This document shows, in pieces, positions 46,614 to 58,400 of a DNA stretch of 64,000 nt. Origin of the DNA: an uncultured Prevotellaceae bacterium (GTDB taxonomy: Bacteria; Bacteroidota; Bacteroidia; Bacteroidales; Bacteroidaceae); the NCBI GenBank assembly GCA_900318775.1, contig ONLY01000010.1:5620-69619 (forward strand), in the 5' to 3' direction. Positions within the stretch are counted from its first letter, which is position 1. Each line of letters begins with the position of its first letter. Made by a program: the position numbers and the translations under genes. The notes beneath the pieces are model-generated. The model had not been told where the DNA came from, did no database searches, and saw nothing but the letters and a program-made list of their open reading frames with translations.

Positions 46614-47423
46614 TTAAAATAGCGTTTCGTAGAAATCGCTGTACGCCTGCTTAAATGCGTCACCCTCAACAGGGGCTAATACTGGAAGGTTCAGTGACTT
46701 TGCGTAATCGATGATTGCTGGGTCAACTTCATTGTTCTCCACAATGACACCATCTGCAAATTTCACTCCCATTTTCAGCAAATCTGAATGACTGAAGGAT
46801 GTTTCGCAAAGTTCTTTAATGTCATCGTAGGATGCTTCTTTGTAATCAACGAGTTTAGCATTCTCCGCTCCAAGATCGTTCTGGAATTCCTTTGGGGAAA
46901 CTTCAATTACAACCTTTACATCGCGGAAGGATGGCTCATCGTAATATGCTTTTTTGACATAGAGAGGAGCAAGAGCTGCTGCCCAGCCATAACAATGAAT
47001 TACGTCTGGAACCCATCCTTGTTTTTTCACAGTTTCCAATACGCCGCGCACATAGAAAATAGCGCGTTCTGCATTGTCTGTATATTCTTGACCTTCTTTG
47101 TCTGTCAAGATGCCACGCTTCATGAAGTAGTCATCGTTATCGATGAAGAAAATCTGCATTTTGGCAGATGGCAACGAAGCTACTTTGATGATGAGTGGGT
47201 GATCTGTGTCGTCTATGATGAGGTTCATCCCCGAGAGGCGAATCACTTCATGCAGCTGGTTACGACGTTCGTTGATGTTGCCCCATTTGGGCGAGAATGT
47301 CCTTATTTCGTGTCCGAGTTCTTGAATGGCCTGAGGAATCATGCGCCCCATGAGCGAATGCTGGTTCTCTGCCACGAATGGCTCAATTTCTGTGTTGATA
47401 AAAAGAATTTTCTTTGCTTCCAT
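46614..47423 (-). CDS. Short glycogen-synthase-like protein (GT5 N-terminal Rossmann half only)
   Basis: 269 aa. KILFINTEIEPF... aligns with the GlgA N-terminus, but the KTGGL motif is replaced (AENQHSL) and the C-terminal half is absent. Confidence 0.7.
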   Translation of the reverse strand: MEAKKILFINTEIEPFVAENQHSLMGRMIPQAIQELGHEIRTFSPKWGNINERRNQLHEVIRLSGMNLIIDDTDHPLIIKVASLPSAKMQIFFIDNDDYFMKRGILTDKEGQEYTDNAERAIFYVRGVLETVKKQGWVPDVIHCYGWAAALAPLYVKKAYYDEPSFRDVKVVIEVSPKEFQNDLGAENAKLVDYKEASYDDIKELCETSFSHSDLLKMGVKFADGVIVENNEVDPAIIDYAKSLNLPVLAPVEGDAFKQAYSDFYETLF

Positions 47424-47530
47424 CTTGTCAAAAAGTTATGCAAAGATACATTTTATTTTCGAGAAATTCGACTTATTTTTATTAAATTAAGATTTTCAAA
47501 TGCCAAAATAGTTCGCGAAACGGTAATTTG

Positions 47531-48334
47531 TCACGAATGAAGCACGAACGGTCCTGTTGGAATCTTGCGGCGCAACACTTCGAGAGTGAAGTCTGTTCCT
47601 GCAATAATGCCATAACTGCGCAGCACTGTCTCTACCGTCTTGCGTGCCAATTCAGGATGGTTGTTCTCTTCGCTGAGGTGGCACAACCACACATTCTTCA
47701 GCTGCTCGTGAAAGTTCTCCGCTAACGCTGTTGCCGCTTTCTTGTTAGACAAGTGGCCGTGTCCACTGGCAATGCGCTCCTTGAGAGGCTGTGGGTATCT
47801 TCCGTTCTTCAGCATCTCCTCGTCATAGTTGGCTTCAAAGATGAGGTGGGTGCTTTTCCCGATGTACTCTTTTACGTTGTCTGTCACATCGCCTACGTCT
47901 GTCATCACTGTGAAACGGGAATCGCCCACTTCAATGTAATAGCCCACGTTTTCTGATGCATCGTGGGGGATGGGGAAGGCTGTGATGCGGAATTCTCCGA
48001 GCTGGAAGGGAACGCCCAATTCAACTGTGCGGCGATGCTCTTCTGGCACTTTTACTGAATTCTGCCAGTTTCGGTCCATACCTTTATGCACTAGAGGTGT
48101 GGCATAAACAGGAATAGCGCACTCTTTACTGATTTTGCCTGCAGCCTTGATGTGATCCGCATGGTCATGCGTGATGAGGATACCTCGCGTTTTGCCCACT
48201 TTCATGCCATATTCCAGCATGTTTTTTTTGAATCGACGCAAACTGACGCCACAATCTATGATAATGGCGTCAGTCTCTGTCGATAGATAGTAGCAGTTTC
48301 CGCAACTGCCACTTCCAAGACTGAAAAATGTCAT
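47531..48334 (-). CDS. MBL-fold metallo-hydrolase (start at MTFFSLGSG)
   Basis: The HDHADH motif and a beta-lactamase fold pattern. The shorter start lies 7 nt after the aspS stop. Confidence 0.8.
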   Translation of the reverse strand: MTFFSLGSGSCGNCYYLSTETDAIIIDCGVSLRRFKKNMLEYGMKVGKTRGILITHDHADHIKAAGKISKECAIPVYATPLVHKGMDRNWQNSVKVPEEHRRTVELGVPFQLGEFRITAFPIPHDASENVGYYIEVGDSRFTVMTDVGDVTDNVKEYIGKSTHLIFEANYDEEMLKNGRYPQPLKERIASGHGHLSNKKAATALAENFHEQLKNVWLCHLSEENNHPELARKTVETVLRSYGIIAGTDFTLEVLRRKIPTGPFVLHS

Positions 48335-48341
48335 GTGCTTA

Positions 48342-50102
48342 TTATTCTTGGGGCAAATTGAGTGCGATGAAATCTTCGTCCAATTGTTTCTGATCCACAA
48401 AAGATGGTGCATCAAGCATCACATCTCGTCCACTGTTGTTCTTCGGGAATGCGATGCAGTCGCGGATGGAGTCAAGGCCGGCAAAGATGCTGACCCATCG
48501 GTCTAAGCCATATGCCAAGCCGCCATGTGGTGGCGCACCATATTTGAAGGCATTCATCAAGAAACCAAATTGCTCTTCTGCCTTTTCGGGGGTGAAGCCC
48601 AATATCTCAAACATCTTAGCTTGCAGTTTGGGGTCGTGGATACGGATGGAGCCGCCGCCCACTTCGATGCCGTTGCACACCATGTCGTATGCATCGGCAC
48701 GTACAGCTGCAGGGTCGGTGTCGAGCAGGTGGATATCCTCGTCCATAGGGTGTGTGAACGGGTGGTGCATAGCCATGAGTCGCTGCTCCTCATCGCTCCA
48801 CTCGAACATGGGAAACTCTGTCACCCATAGCAGGGCGAACTTGTTCTTGTCGCGCAAGCCTAGTCGTTCACCCATCTCCAGACGGAGTTCACAAAGCTGC
48901 TTGCGTGTCTTCATAGCATCTGCGCCAGAAAGGATGAGAATAAGGTCGCCTGGCTTGGCATCCATCTTCTCCTTCAGTACCTGTAAATCCTCTTGTGTGT
49001 AGAACTTGTCCACAGAAGACTTCACGTTTCCGTCTTCCTGTACACGGGCATATACCAGACCTTTGGCGCCAATTTGTGGGCGTTTCACCCATTCTGTCAG
49101 CTTGTCAATGTCCTTTCTTGTATAAGTGGCGCAGCCGGGAGCGCAAATACCGCCAATATAGGCCGCTTCGTCGAATACAGCAAAGGTCCCCTTTTTCAGT
49201 ACGTCATCCAGTTCCACAAACTCCATGCCGAAACGCATGTCGGGTTTGTCAGAGCCAAAACGCTTCATGCACTCAATCCAAGGCAGACGTAGGAAGTCTC
49301 CTTCAATTTCTATGCCTCTCAGCTCCTTGAACAAATGCTTGGCCATACCCTCAAATGTTTGGATGATGTCTTCCTGAGTTACAAACGACATTTCGCAGTC
49401 AATCTGAGTAAATTCTGGTTGGCGGTCAGCACGCAAGTCTTCGTCGCGGAAGCATTTCACAATCTGGAAATAGCGGTCAAAGCCTGCCACCATCAGCAAC
49501 TGCTTCAAGGTCTGGGGCGACTGAGGCAGAGCATAGAACTGGCCGGGGTTCATGCGTGAAGGCACGATAAAGTCTCGAGCACCTTCAGGTGTGGAACCAA
49601 TCAGCATAGGAGTTTCTACCTCCAAAAAACCGAGGTTGGAGAGATAGTTTCTTACAGCGATGCAGAACTTATGGCGCAGTTCCAGATTCTTGCGCACCGC
49701 ATTACGGCGCAAATCCAGATAGCGGTATTTCATGCGCAAATCATCGCCGCCATCCGACTGGTCTTCAATGGTGAAGGGTGGGGTGATAGACTCGTTCAGA
49801 ACATTCAGTTCGCTCACTTCAATTTCAATGTCACCCGTTGGAATGTTCTTGTTTTTGCTGTAGCGTTCAGCCACAGTGCCTGTCACTTGAATGACAAACT
49901 CACGTCCCAGCTTGTTGGCACGATCACAGAGTTCACGCTCTGTGTCTTCGTTAAAAACCAACTGCGTAATGCCGTAGCGGTCACGCAAATCAACAAAGGT
50001 CAGCGCACCCATTTTTCTTGTGCGCTGCACCCATCCGGCAAGAGTCACCTTCTTGCCTGCGTCGGAGAGTCTCAGCTCTCCGTTCGTATGTGTTCTATAC
50101 AT
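48342..50102 (-). CDS. aspS: Aspartyl-tRNA synthetase
   Basis: 586 aa. OB N-domain, [18 protein letters not shown] (motif 2), GGGSIRIH and motif 3 GLDRWV. Confidence 0.95.
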   Translation of the reverse strand: MYRTHTNGELRLSDAGKKVTLAGWVQRTRKMGALTFVDLRDRYGITQLVFNEDTERELCDRANKLGREFVIQVTGTVAERYSKNKNIPTGDIEIEVSELNVLNESITPPFTIEDQSDGGDDLRMKYRYLDLRRNAVRKNLELRHKFCIAVRNYLSNLGFLEVETPMLIGSTPEGARDFIVPSRMNPGQFYALPQSPQTLKQLLMVAGFDRYFQIVKCFRDEDLRADRQPEFTQIDCEMSFVTQEDIIQTFEGMAKHLFKELRGIEIEGDFLRLPWIECMKRFGSDKPDMRFGMEFVELDDVLKKGTFAVFDEAAYIGGICAPGCATYTRKDIDKLTEWVKRPQIGAKGLVYARVQEDGNVKSSVDKFYTQEDLQVLKEKMDAKPGDLILILSGADAMKTRKQLCELRLEMGERLGLRDKNKFALLWVTEFPMFEWSDEEQRLMAMHHPFTHPMDEDIHLLDTDPAAVRADAYDMVCNGIEVGGGSIRIHDPKLQAKMFEILGFTPEKAEEQFGFLMNAFKYGAPPHGGLAYGLDRWVSIFAGLDSIRDCIAFPKNNSGRDVMLDAPSFVDQKQLDEDFIALNLPQE

Positions 50103-50375
50103 ATTTAATATATGTTTTATGTTATTTCTTTTGCAAAGATAGCATATTCTTTTGGAATAACAGCCGGATAGATTAGAGAAACTTCTTGTACCACTTGTTT
50201 TTCAATGTCTAATGGAGCGAAAGGAACGAGTGAGAATCACTTTTCATCTTGCAAGAATGCTTATGAATCTGTAACCATTAAAACAATTTACGCAGCATAT
50301 AAGGAGCTATATGAAATAGCATCAAGGCTTTGCTGTGGTGAACAAGGCCGTGTCGTCTAATTGTAGTGCGTATAA

Positions 50376-52724
50376 TTAGAATGGCAATCCTACGGCAAAG
50401 TGGAATGCAAAGTCGCGATCAAAACTGTGGTGTGTGATGGGGTAGTGGGCGCGACCAGTGTAGGCAGGGTCAATGGCTTTCATGCCGGCATCGAAGCGTA
50501 CAATGAAAAAGTTTGCGTCCATGCGGAGACCGATGCCATAGCTGAGGGCTATCTGTTTCCAGAACTTGTCAACGCGGAATTCACCATCGGGTTGGTCTTT
50601 GTATTTCTTGATAGTCCAGATATTGCCTGCATCAATAAAGGCGGCTCCACTGAACTTCCAGAAAAGGGCTGCACGGTATTCAAGATTGAGGTCAAGCTTG
50701 ATGTCACCCGATTGGTTAAGGAAATTGATGCCTTTGTCCTTGCCGTTGTAGGCGCCTGGTCCGAGAGAGCGTACTGACCATCCACGCACGCTGTTAGCTC
50801 CACCTGCGAAGTAACGTTTTTCGAAAGGTAATTGGTCTGAGTTTCCATAAGGATAGGCAATGCCCAAAGCGGTGTGGAACGCTACAGAGTTATTCTTGTC
50901 GATACGGAAACTTTTTGAGTAGTCGAAATCGCCTCTGACATACTGTGCGAAAGCAATGCCACAGAATGTGTATTGTCCTTCTTCATTTTTCTTTCCATGA
51001 ACCATTCCCGTGGCCATCCTGAGTACATTTCCAGAAGTTTCAATGTTGAACCGGATTGTGTAGGCATTCTTTCCGTAAGTCTGTTCACGTGAACCCAATG
51101 AATTGTACGAATAAGTGTATCCCATCTTTGTGATGAGCAGATTCTCGTAGGTGTATTTTAGAATTGCATTGGTTTTGCCCAGCGAGTCAAGGTATTGTTC
51201 CTTGAATGTTTTTGATATCCAAGGCATATATACATAGCTGATTTCAGCTAGATCAAAACGGTGCTGTGTGTGCTGTTCTTTGCTGTTCCAGCGATAGCGC
51301 CATGCAGCGGTGAGCACTCTGCGTTGAAACTCAGGGCGGTTTTGCCGGTTGTACTGCAGCGATATTTCCGATGATGCGTTATGCTGTGTGCCCCATTCGC
51401 GTTTCACATAGGGTAATAAGAAAGCAGGGAAGCCTAATGTTGCTTCTGTGCCCAGTTCTACGTAGTTGTTTCCTTCGTAACCTTCCAATCCTGTGATGGC
51501 TTCGTAGGCACCACGGATTTTGAACATAAAGCTTTCTGAGCCACGGAACAAGTTTTTGTTCTGGTAGGAAGTGGAAAGCGCTGCACCCATGTCGCCTGCG
51601 GAGTTTGTTGCTTCAACATCGAATCCGAAAGAGTGTGGCTTGGCGTGGTTGACTATAATGTTGCAGTCGAGCGTGTCGGTGCCAGGTCTTTCTTCCATAC
51701 TGATATTGGAGAACGAGATGGCAGACAGGCGCGTGTAGTTGGTATAGGTGCGTCGGAAATGGTTTTCGTTGTAGAGTTCCCCAGGGTGTATCAACGAATG
51801 GCTGATAAGCACTTGCTTGCGGAAATGCAGTTTCTCCTGAGTGAGGAAGTTATAGCCTTTGTAGTGAAGGCTGTCAATGGGTTCATTGGAATGGGTTGCA
51901 TCGGCAAAGAAGTTCACATTGCCAATTGTGTACTGCTTGTGAGGTATTGGTTCTGTGCGTCCATTGTCTTGCTGCAGTTTCACGCGTACCAGCACATCTA
52001 CTTCTGTTGACTGTTGGGCAGTATCAGCGCTGAAACGGATATCCTCTTTCGTGAATTTGTAATAGCCATTGTTGCGCAGATAGGATGTAATGCGGTTGCG
52101 TTCTTCGTTGAGTGCTGTCACTTCAAATGGTACACCAGGTTTGAGAAGTGAAGCCGCAGTATCTTCTACAGTAATAAAGTGCCGAAGGCCCTTGTCTTCC
52201 ACAATGCGATAGACATTGCGAATGGTGTAGCGTTCATTGGGATGGATATCGTACAAGACATTAACCTTCTTTCCCTTCTCCATTCTGTGCTCTTCAACTT
52301 CTGCTTTCATGTAGCCTGCATTGTTCAGCACCTTTCGGATGTCTTCCATTGCTCGCTCTGATTTCTCCTGGTTGTAGAGCACTGGTACCTCACCGAGTTT
52401 GCGAAAAAAGCGGCAAGAACGTTTTGTGGTGTCTGTCCCAGACAGCATGTAGATTTTGAGCGGTACACGTGCACCAAACCACTTGGTATTGGTGGTCATG
52501 GTCACATAGTCGCCTAAAGCATAAGTTTTCTGAATTTCCTCATCGTCACACGTGACAGCAACACCCGTCAGCATGTGCTCACCCTCTGGAATATACTTAT
52601 CCACAGAGCAAGAACCCATGATTATGCTCAACACACAAACAAGGCTCAAATAGAATGATGTATGGTGGAACTTCACGCGCACACGATGTAAAAACCATGC
52701 AAAGATAGTCATTTTTTGGTTCAT
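50376..52724 (-). CDS. BamA/TamA-family outer-membrane protein (surface antigen D15-like); start uncertain
   Basis: POTRA-like N-region and a C-terminal beta-barrel ending in an aromatic residue (GLPF). A TATCTTTG box at 52703-52710 lies inside the 5-prime end of the ORF, so a downstream start is possible (e.g. GTG at 52676 giving MKFHHTSFYLSL...). Confidence 0.8.
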   Translation of the reverse strand: MNQKMTIFAWFLHRVRVKFHHTSFYLSLVCVLSIIMGSCSVDKYIPEGEHMLTGVAVTCDDEEIQKTYALGDYVTMTTNTKWFGARVPLKIYMLSGTDTTKRSCRFFRKLGEVPVLYNQEKSERAMEDIRKVLNNAGYMKAEVEEHRMEKGKKVNVLYDIHPNERYTIRNVYRIVEDKGLRHFITVEDTAASLLKPGVPFEVTALNEERNRITSYLRNNGYYKFTKEDIRFSADTAQQSTEVDVLVRVKLQQDNGRTEPIPHKQYTIGNVNFFADATHSNEPIDSLHYKGYNFLTQEKLHFRKQVLISHSLIHPGELYNENHFRRTYTNYTRLSAISFSNISMEERPGTDTLDCNIIVNHAKPHSFGFDVEATNSAGDMGAALSTSYQNKNLFRGSESFMFKIRGAYEAITGLEGYEGNNYVELGTEATLGFPAFLLPYVKREWGTQHNASSEISLQYNRQNRPEFQRRVLTAAWRYRWNSKEQHTQHRFDLAEISYVYMPWISKTFKEQYLDSLGKTNAILKYTYENLLITKMGYTYSYNSLGSREQTYGKNAYTIRFNIETSGNVLRMATGMVHGKKNEEGQYTFCGIAFAQYVRGDFDYSKSFRIDKNNSVAFHTALGIAYPYGNSDQLPFEKRYFAGGANSVRGWSVRSLGPGAYNGKDKGINFLNQSGDIKLDLNLEYRAALFWKFSGAAFIDAGNIWTIKKYKDQPDGEFRVDKFWKQIALSYGIGLRMDANFFIVRFDAGMKAIDPAYTGRAHYPITHHSFDRDFAFHFAVGLPF

Positions 52725-52755
52725 AATTCATACCTTTGTCTAAAAATATGGAGAG

Positions 52756-53526
52756 ATGATAAGCAAGAACAAGGTAAAATACATTCGTTCGCTGGAAATG
52801 AAGAAGTTCCGAAAAGCGGATCAGGTGTTTGTTGCTGAAGGACACAAACTGGTTGGCGACCTGCTGGGTGCATTTGAGTGCACCTATCTCGCTGCTACGG
52901 CCCAATGGTTAGACCAGCACACAAGTGTATTGCACAGTGCTCAACTTCGACACACCGAAATTGATGAAGTGTCAGAAGATGAATTGAAAAGGTTGAGTTT
53001 TCAAGAAACCCCTCAGCAGGTGTTGGCAGTGTTCCGTCAGCCCCAATGGAGTGTAAATCTGAATGAAGTGGCCAGCCAGGGGCTTTGTCTTGCTTTGGAT
53101 GATGTGCAGAATCCTGGCAACTTGGGTACAATTGTGCGTGTGGCAGACTGGTTCGGCATTGAGCATATTTTTTGTTCGCAAGGGTGCGCTGATATCTATA
53201 ACCCCAAAACGGTTCAAGCCACGATGGGTGCTATAGCAAGGGTTCAGGTTCATTACGTCAATTTGGAAGAAGCGCTGAAGTCATTAGATGGGAGTGTTCC
53301 TGTCTATGGCACATTTTTGGATGGGGAAAACATGTATGAAAAAGAATTATCTCATCAAGGTGTCATCGTGATGGGCAATGAAGGGAAGGGAGTTTCGAAG
53401 GAAGTGGAAGCCTGTGTGGATGAGCGCCTGTATATCCCAAACTATCCTGAAGGGAGAGAGACATCAGAGTCGCTGAATGTAGCGATTGCCACAGCCATTA
53501 TCTGTGCAGAGTTCCGCAGACGATAA
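52756..53526 (+). CDS. TrmH/SpoU-family RNA 2-prime-O-methyltransferase
   Basis: NPGNLGTIVRVADWFG, GNEGKGVS and SLNVAIATAI are SpoU motifs. Confidence 0.85.
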   Translation: MISKNKVKYIRSLEMKKFRKADQVFVAEGHKLVGDLLGAFECTYLAATAQWLDQHTSVLHSAQLRHTEIDEVSEDELKRLSFQETPQQVLAVFRQPQWSVNLNEVASQGLCLALDDVQNPGNLGTIVRVADWFGIEHIFCSQGCADIYNPKTVQATMGAIARVQVHYVNLEEALKSLDGSVPVYGTFLDGENMYEKELSHQGVIVMGNEGKGVSKEVEACVDERLYIPNYPEGRETSESLNVAIATAIICAEFRRR

Positions 53527-53712
53527 AAGTTTGGGTGTATGGTATGCTTCCCCATTTCTAAGAATGATGGTTCCTCCTAACCATTCTGTCATGGGGATTT
53601 CTTCCGTGAGAGGATAATGTTTTGTGACGATATGATTAAAGAGTTCCACGACATGATTGTTATGGAACTCTTTTTCGTTGATGAACACTCTGGAGGCTGC
53701 TACACGGCGCAT
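53464..53712 (-). CDS. Possible small protein (82 aa); doubtful
   Basis: The ORF starts 5 nt after the DUF4296 stop. Its last 63 nt overlap the 3-prime end of the TrmH-family gene on the opposite strand. No family recognised. Confidence 0.3.
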   Translation of the reverse strand: MRRVAASRVFINEKEFHNNHVVELFNHIVTKHYPLTEEIPMTEWLGGTIILRNGEAYHTPKLLSSAELCTDNGCGNRYIQRL

Positions 53713-53716
53713 AGGC

Positions 53717-54706
53717 TTAATGGTTGGCAGGCGTTTTGCGTCTGCGCGTACCGATGGAGTTGGGTGTACGTACTGAAGGTGCTGACTGAATGTTTATCTT
53801 TTCGTTTGATTTGTTCAGCTGACGGAGCTCTTCAGGTGTATAGCGATGTGTAGGCACCTTCTTAATCGTGTCAGGCAAATTCTTTGATGCCTTTGTTTCG
53901 GTGCTGTCCGCCTTCTCTTTCGTGACAGGCTCCAAAGATTTCTCGTGCATACGCACCAAAGAGATGTTGTCCACTAAACAGAAGCTGCGTGAAGACTTCA
54001 TGCCTTTGTAGAAGAAGGAACCCGTAATGCGTTGAATGTCTTCGTCATCATCTGTCTTCAAGGTAAGCTGCTGTGGACCATTGTAGCTAAGTGTGCGCAC
54101 CGTGCCAATATATTTGCCGCTTTTGTACATGACGCTGAGGCTAACATGCAGATAAGGGCTCTCACCATTGTCTGTGCTTTCTTTGATGAATGTCGGCGAG
54201 AACGTGAGAATGAAATGGTCTTTGCGATGGAATGTAGTGTCAGCATGGATGGTAAAACTCTCTCTGTTGACAAACTCTCTGCTTCGCAACAGCAACAGGC
54301 GTTTTGAGTTCCACAGGTTTGTTGTGTCGCCTCCTGTAGCATAGATGGCCATCATGTCGTTGTTTCCGTTCACCAGCTGCATCTCTTCGTTAGCGGCTGT
54401 GTATCGCTGCTCCAGACTCTTGTATATTTTATAAAGGTCCTTGGGATGCCTATTGTAGTAGGTGACAGATGTATCGAACTGGGCTTCTGTAATGCCATGT
54501 TTCAAATACACGGCATTGATATAGTCCTGAGCTTTTCCCAATCGTTCTTCTGCAGGAAGTTGCTCAATGAGTCCTTGCATAATGTGGTAGTCATACAGCA
54601 CATCTTCCATCTCGCTGCGGGAAAGCACCTCTTTGGGGCGATTTTCGCATGACACAATGGAACATGTAATCAATATGATGAGCGGTATGATAATTCTAGA
54701 CTTCAT
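53717..54706 (-). CDS. DUF4296-like lipoprotein
   Basis: Lipobox ITCSIVSC, then LSRSEMEDVLYDYHIMQG...YLKHGITEAQFD, typical of DUF4296. It follows lspA, which I recall as the common arrangement in Bacteroidetes. Confidence 0.6.
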   Translation of the reverse strand: MKSRIIIPLIILITCSIVSCENRPKEVLSRSEMEDVLYDYHIMQGLIEQLPAEERLGKAQDYINAVYLKHGITEAQFDTSVTYYNRHPKDLYKIYKSLEQRYTAANEEMQLVNGNNDMMAIYATGGDTTNLWNSKRLLLLRSREFVNRESFTIHADTTFHRKDHFILTFSPTFIKESTDNGESPYLHVSLSVMYKSGKYIGTVRTLSYNGPQQLTLKTDDDEDIQRITGSFFYKGMKSSRSFCLVDNISLVRMHEKSLEPVTKEKADSTETKASKNLPDTIKKVPTHRYTPEELRQLNKSNEKINIQSAPSVRTPNSIGTRRRKTPANH

Positions 54707-54769
54707 TTTAGAACTCTCAACTATATAAAATTCTTAGCAACCTCTTTGTTTATTTCGACCCTTTATGTC

Positions 54770-55408
54770 TCAACTCTTTCGAATTTGGTATTGGCTTATT
54801 AACTCATGATAGCACAACAATAGTGCTACAATGCCACATGAGATGGCCGTATCAGCAAAGTTGAAGATTGGGGAGAAAAATACACAATGCTGCCCCGAAT
54901 AGATGGGCATCCATGTGGGCATATCCCATTCGATGAGCGGGAAATAGAACATATCCACAACCTTTCCATACAAGAAATCTCCGTATCCATATCCCCAAGG
55001 TTGGAACTCCGCCACTTGAGGAAAAGGAGGATTATTGAAGATAAGTCCATAGAAGAGACTGTCTATGATATTACCTGCTGCTCCTGCAGCGATGAGCGTG
55101 AGGCAGACGATGTATCCTGTGGGCCTTCTCCTTTTGATTTCGCTATAGATAAACCAGCCGATAATACATACTGCCACCACACGGAAGAGCGTGAGGAACA
55201 ATTTGACCTCTACACCGAAGAGCTTATCGCCCAACATGCCGAAGGCCATTCCATTATTTTCCACGAACAAGAGACTAAACCACGAAGTGATTTCGATGCG
55301 TTCTCCCAAATGCATGCCCGTCTTGACATTGACCTTGATGATTTGGTCAATGACAAGAACGGTCATGAATAGGATAATGGAAAGAATATGCTTGTTCTTT
55401 CTAGTCAT
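54770..55408 (-). CDS. lspA: Lipoprotein signal peptidase II
   Basis: Four TM helices, NNGMAFG and FNFADTAISCG. Confidence 0.9.
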   Translation of the reverse strand: MTRKNKHILSIILFMTVLVIDQIIKVNVKTGMHLGERIEITSWFSLLFVENNGMAFGMLGDKLFGVEVKLFLTLFRVVAVCIIGWFIYSEIKRRRPTGYIVCLTLIAAGAAGNIIDSLFYGLIFNNPPFPQVAEFQPWGYGYGDFLYGKVVDMFYFPLIEWDMPTWMPIYSGQHCVFFSPIFNFADTAISCGIVALLLCYHELISQYQIRKS

Positions 55409-55411
55409 GAA

Positions 55412-58400
55412 TCAGTCTTTCTGAACAGATATGACAGCTTTGAACTCATCAAAGTTGATGGCTTCACCTTCGGGGTTGCCGAGGGTGATAGAATTTGCCA
55501 ATACCTGTGCTGCAATGTTCTCCTTGAAGTCATCGAGTACTGCTTTTGTTTCAGGAGTTTCTGTGATGATGACTCGGATACGGTCTGTAATCTCAAATCC
55601 TTGCGATTTGCGGAGGCCTTGAATCTGCTTAATAACCTTGCGGGCATTGCCTTCGTTTTTCAGGGCTGGTGTGATAGTGATATCGAGTGCCACAGTTGTG
55701 GTGCCTTCGTTGGCCACACTCCATCCTGGGATGTCTTGTGACATGATGTCAACATCAGCCAGCTCAATCACTGCATCCTGTCCCTCTGCTTGCAGCGTTA
55801 CTTGTCCGTTCGCTTCAAGTTCTGCGATTTGTGCTTGAGACATTTCAGTCACAGCATTGCTTACCGCCTTCATCATCTTGCCAAACTTCTTGCCCATCAC
55901 ACGGAAGTTGCACTTCACGTTTTTCACCAGCATCTTGCCATCCATCAGTTGCAATTCCTTGACGTTCACTTCCTTCATGATGATGTCCTTCATACGCTCT
56001 ATGCGCCCGCTGAATACGGCATCAGTATCAGGAATAGCAATGGATTGAAGCGCCTGGATTACAGGAATTTTTACCTTCTTTCGGATGGAAAGTCCCATCG
56101 ATGTGACCTTCATGGCTGCTTCCATAGCTGATTCCAACTCTGAATCGATGTAAGCTTCATTGAAGGTTGGGAATTTGGCCAAATGCACGCTCTTTGCTGT
56201 GTCTTTTCTCGTTGCGCTGTTGAGGTCGCGGAAGAGTTGGTCTGCATAGAAAGGAGCGATTGGAGCGATGAGTCGGCTCAGCGTATCGAGACAGGTATAG
56301 AGTGTCTGATATGCCGAGAGTTTGTCGTTTGTCATTTCTCCGCCCCAAAAACGAGGCTTGTTCAAGCGGATATACCAGTTGGAGAGGTTATCGATAACAA
56401 AAGACTGAATCAGACGGCCTGCCGGTGTTGGGTCATAGTCGTCAAGGTATGTCTGCACGTTCTTCACCAGCGTGTTCAGCTCAGAGAGCAACCATCGGTC
56501 AAAATCTGGACGCTCTGTATATGGAATATCAGCCTCCTTGTATTCAAAGCCGTCTACGTTGGCATACATCGTAAAGAATGAATATGCCTGCTGCAACTTG
56601 ATGAAGAACTGGCTTGTCACTTCCTTTACACCCTCTGGGTCAAATGAAAGGTTGTCCCAAGGAGATGAGTTTGTAATCATGTACCAGCGCACAGCGTCTG
56701 CACCATATGTGCCGATGCACTCGAATGGATTGATGACGTTGCCCAGACGCTTCGACATTTTAATGCCGTTCTTGTCAAGAACAAGGCCATTGGAAATGAC
56801 AGCTTTGTATGCCACTGAATCGAACACCATCGTGGCGATAGCATGGAGCGTGAAGAACCATCCACGAGTCTGGTCCACGCCTTCTGCAATAAAGTTGGCA
56901 GGATAAGCCGTTCCCTTATCAATTAAGTCTTTATTTTCAAATGGGTAGTGAATCTGTGCGTATGGCATAGCGCCAGAGTCAAACCATACGTCGATGAGGT
57001 CGAGCTCGCGGGTGAGCACATTCCCCTTGCCTGATACCAATTTGATATCATCCACATAAGGGCGATGCAAATCTATCTTGTCATAGTTATCCTGGCTCAT
57101 ATCTCCTGGCACAAAACCTTTGTCTTTCAAAGGATTTGATGCCATCACACCAGCTGAAACCGCTTTGTCAATTTCGTTGTAGAGCTCCTCTACGCTGCCG
57201 ATACATACTTCTTCGCGTGTGTCGCGGTTGCGCCAGATAGGAAGAGGAGTTCCCCAATAACGAGAGCGTGAGAGGTTCCAGTCGTTGAGGTTTTCAAGCC
57301 ATTTGCCGAAACGGCCTGTTCCTGTTGATTCAGGTTTCCACTGAATGGTCTTGTTCAACTCGAACATGCGATCTTTCTTCGCCGTTGACTTGATGAACCA
57401 TGAATCGAGAGGGTAGTAGAGCACAGGCTTGTCTGTGCGCCAACAGTGAGGATAGTTGTGCACATGCTTCTCTATCTTGAAAGCAGAACCTTCTTCCTTC
57501 ATCTCCAGGCAAATCACAACATTGAGGTCCATATCCTTTGTGGCGGCCTTTTCGTCATACTTTCCTCCTTGATTATATTTAGGGTCGTAAGCATTCTTGA
57601 CGAAGTCACCACTGTGCTTCCAATAACTATCGTTCACACAGAGTTTTACAAACTCTTCGTTCATGTCTTCCTTCACAAAGTACTTGCCGGTAAAATCTAC
57701 CATTGGGCGAGTGTCACCAGCCTTGTCGATGACGAAAAGTGAAGGGATACCAGCATCTTTGGCAACTTTGGCATCATCAGCACCAAATGTGGGTGCGATG
57801 TGCACGATGCCTGTACCATCTTCTGTGGTCACATAGTCACCAGGAATCACACGGAATGCCTCATCTTCTTTCACCACCACCTGATTATTCTCCAATGCGC
57901 AAGGTTTCACCCAAGGCATCAGCTGGTTGTAGTACAATCCAACAAGGTCTGTTCCTTTGCCTCGCCAAAGGATTTCAACTGGCTTCTCATTTCCTTCTTC
58001 GTCTTTCTCTGCTGCGAAGTAAGAAGAGAGGCGTGCTTCAGCAAGAATGTAGATGGCTTCCTCGCCAGAGTATGGATTCTTGCCTTTCGCTGCCACATAG
58101 TCAATTTTAGGACCAACACAGAGAGCGGTGTTGGATGGAAGTGTCCAAGGCGTAGTTGTCCATGCGAGAATGTAAGTCTTGAGGTTGCAAGGCATTTCAC
58201 CTGTCAATTCGCCCTTGTCTTTCAAGCCCTCGCAAGCATCTTTGACGAGGAACTGAGCCGTCACGGTTGTGTCTTTCACGTCGCGGTAGCAACCGGGCTG
58301 GTTCAACTCGTGCGACGAAAGGCCTGTACCAGCTGCTGGTGAATAGGGTTGAATCGTGTAGCCTTTGTAGAGCAATCCTTTATTATAAAGTTGCTTCAGC

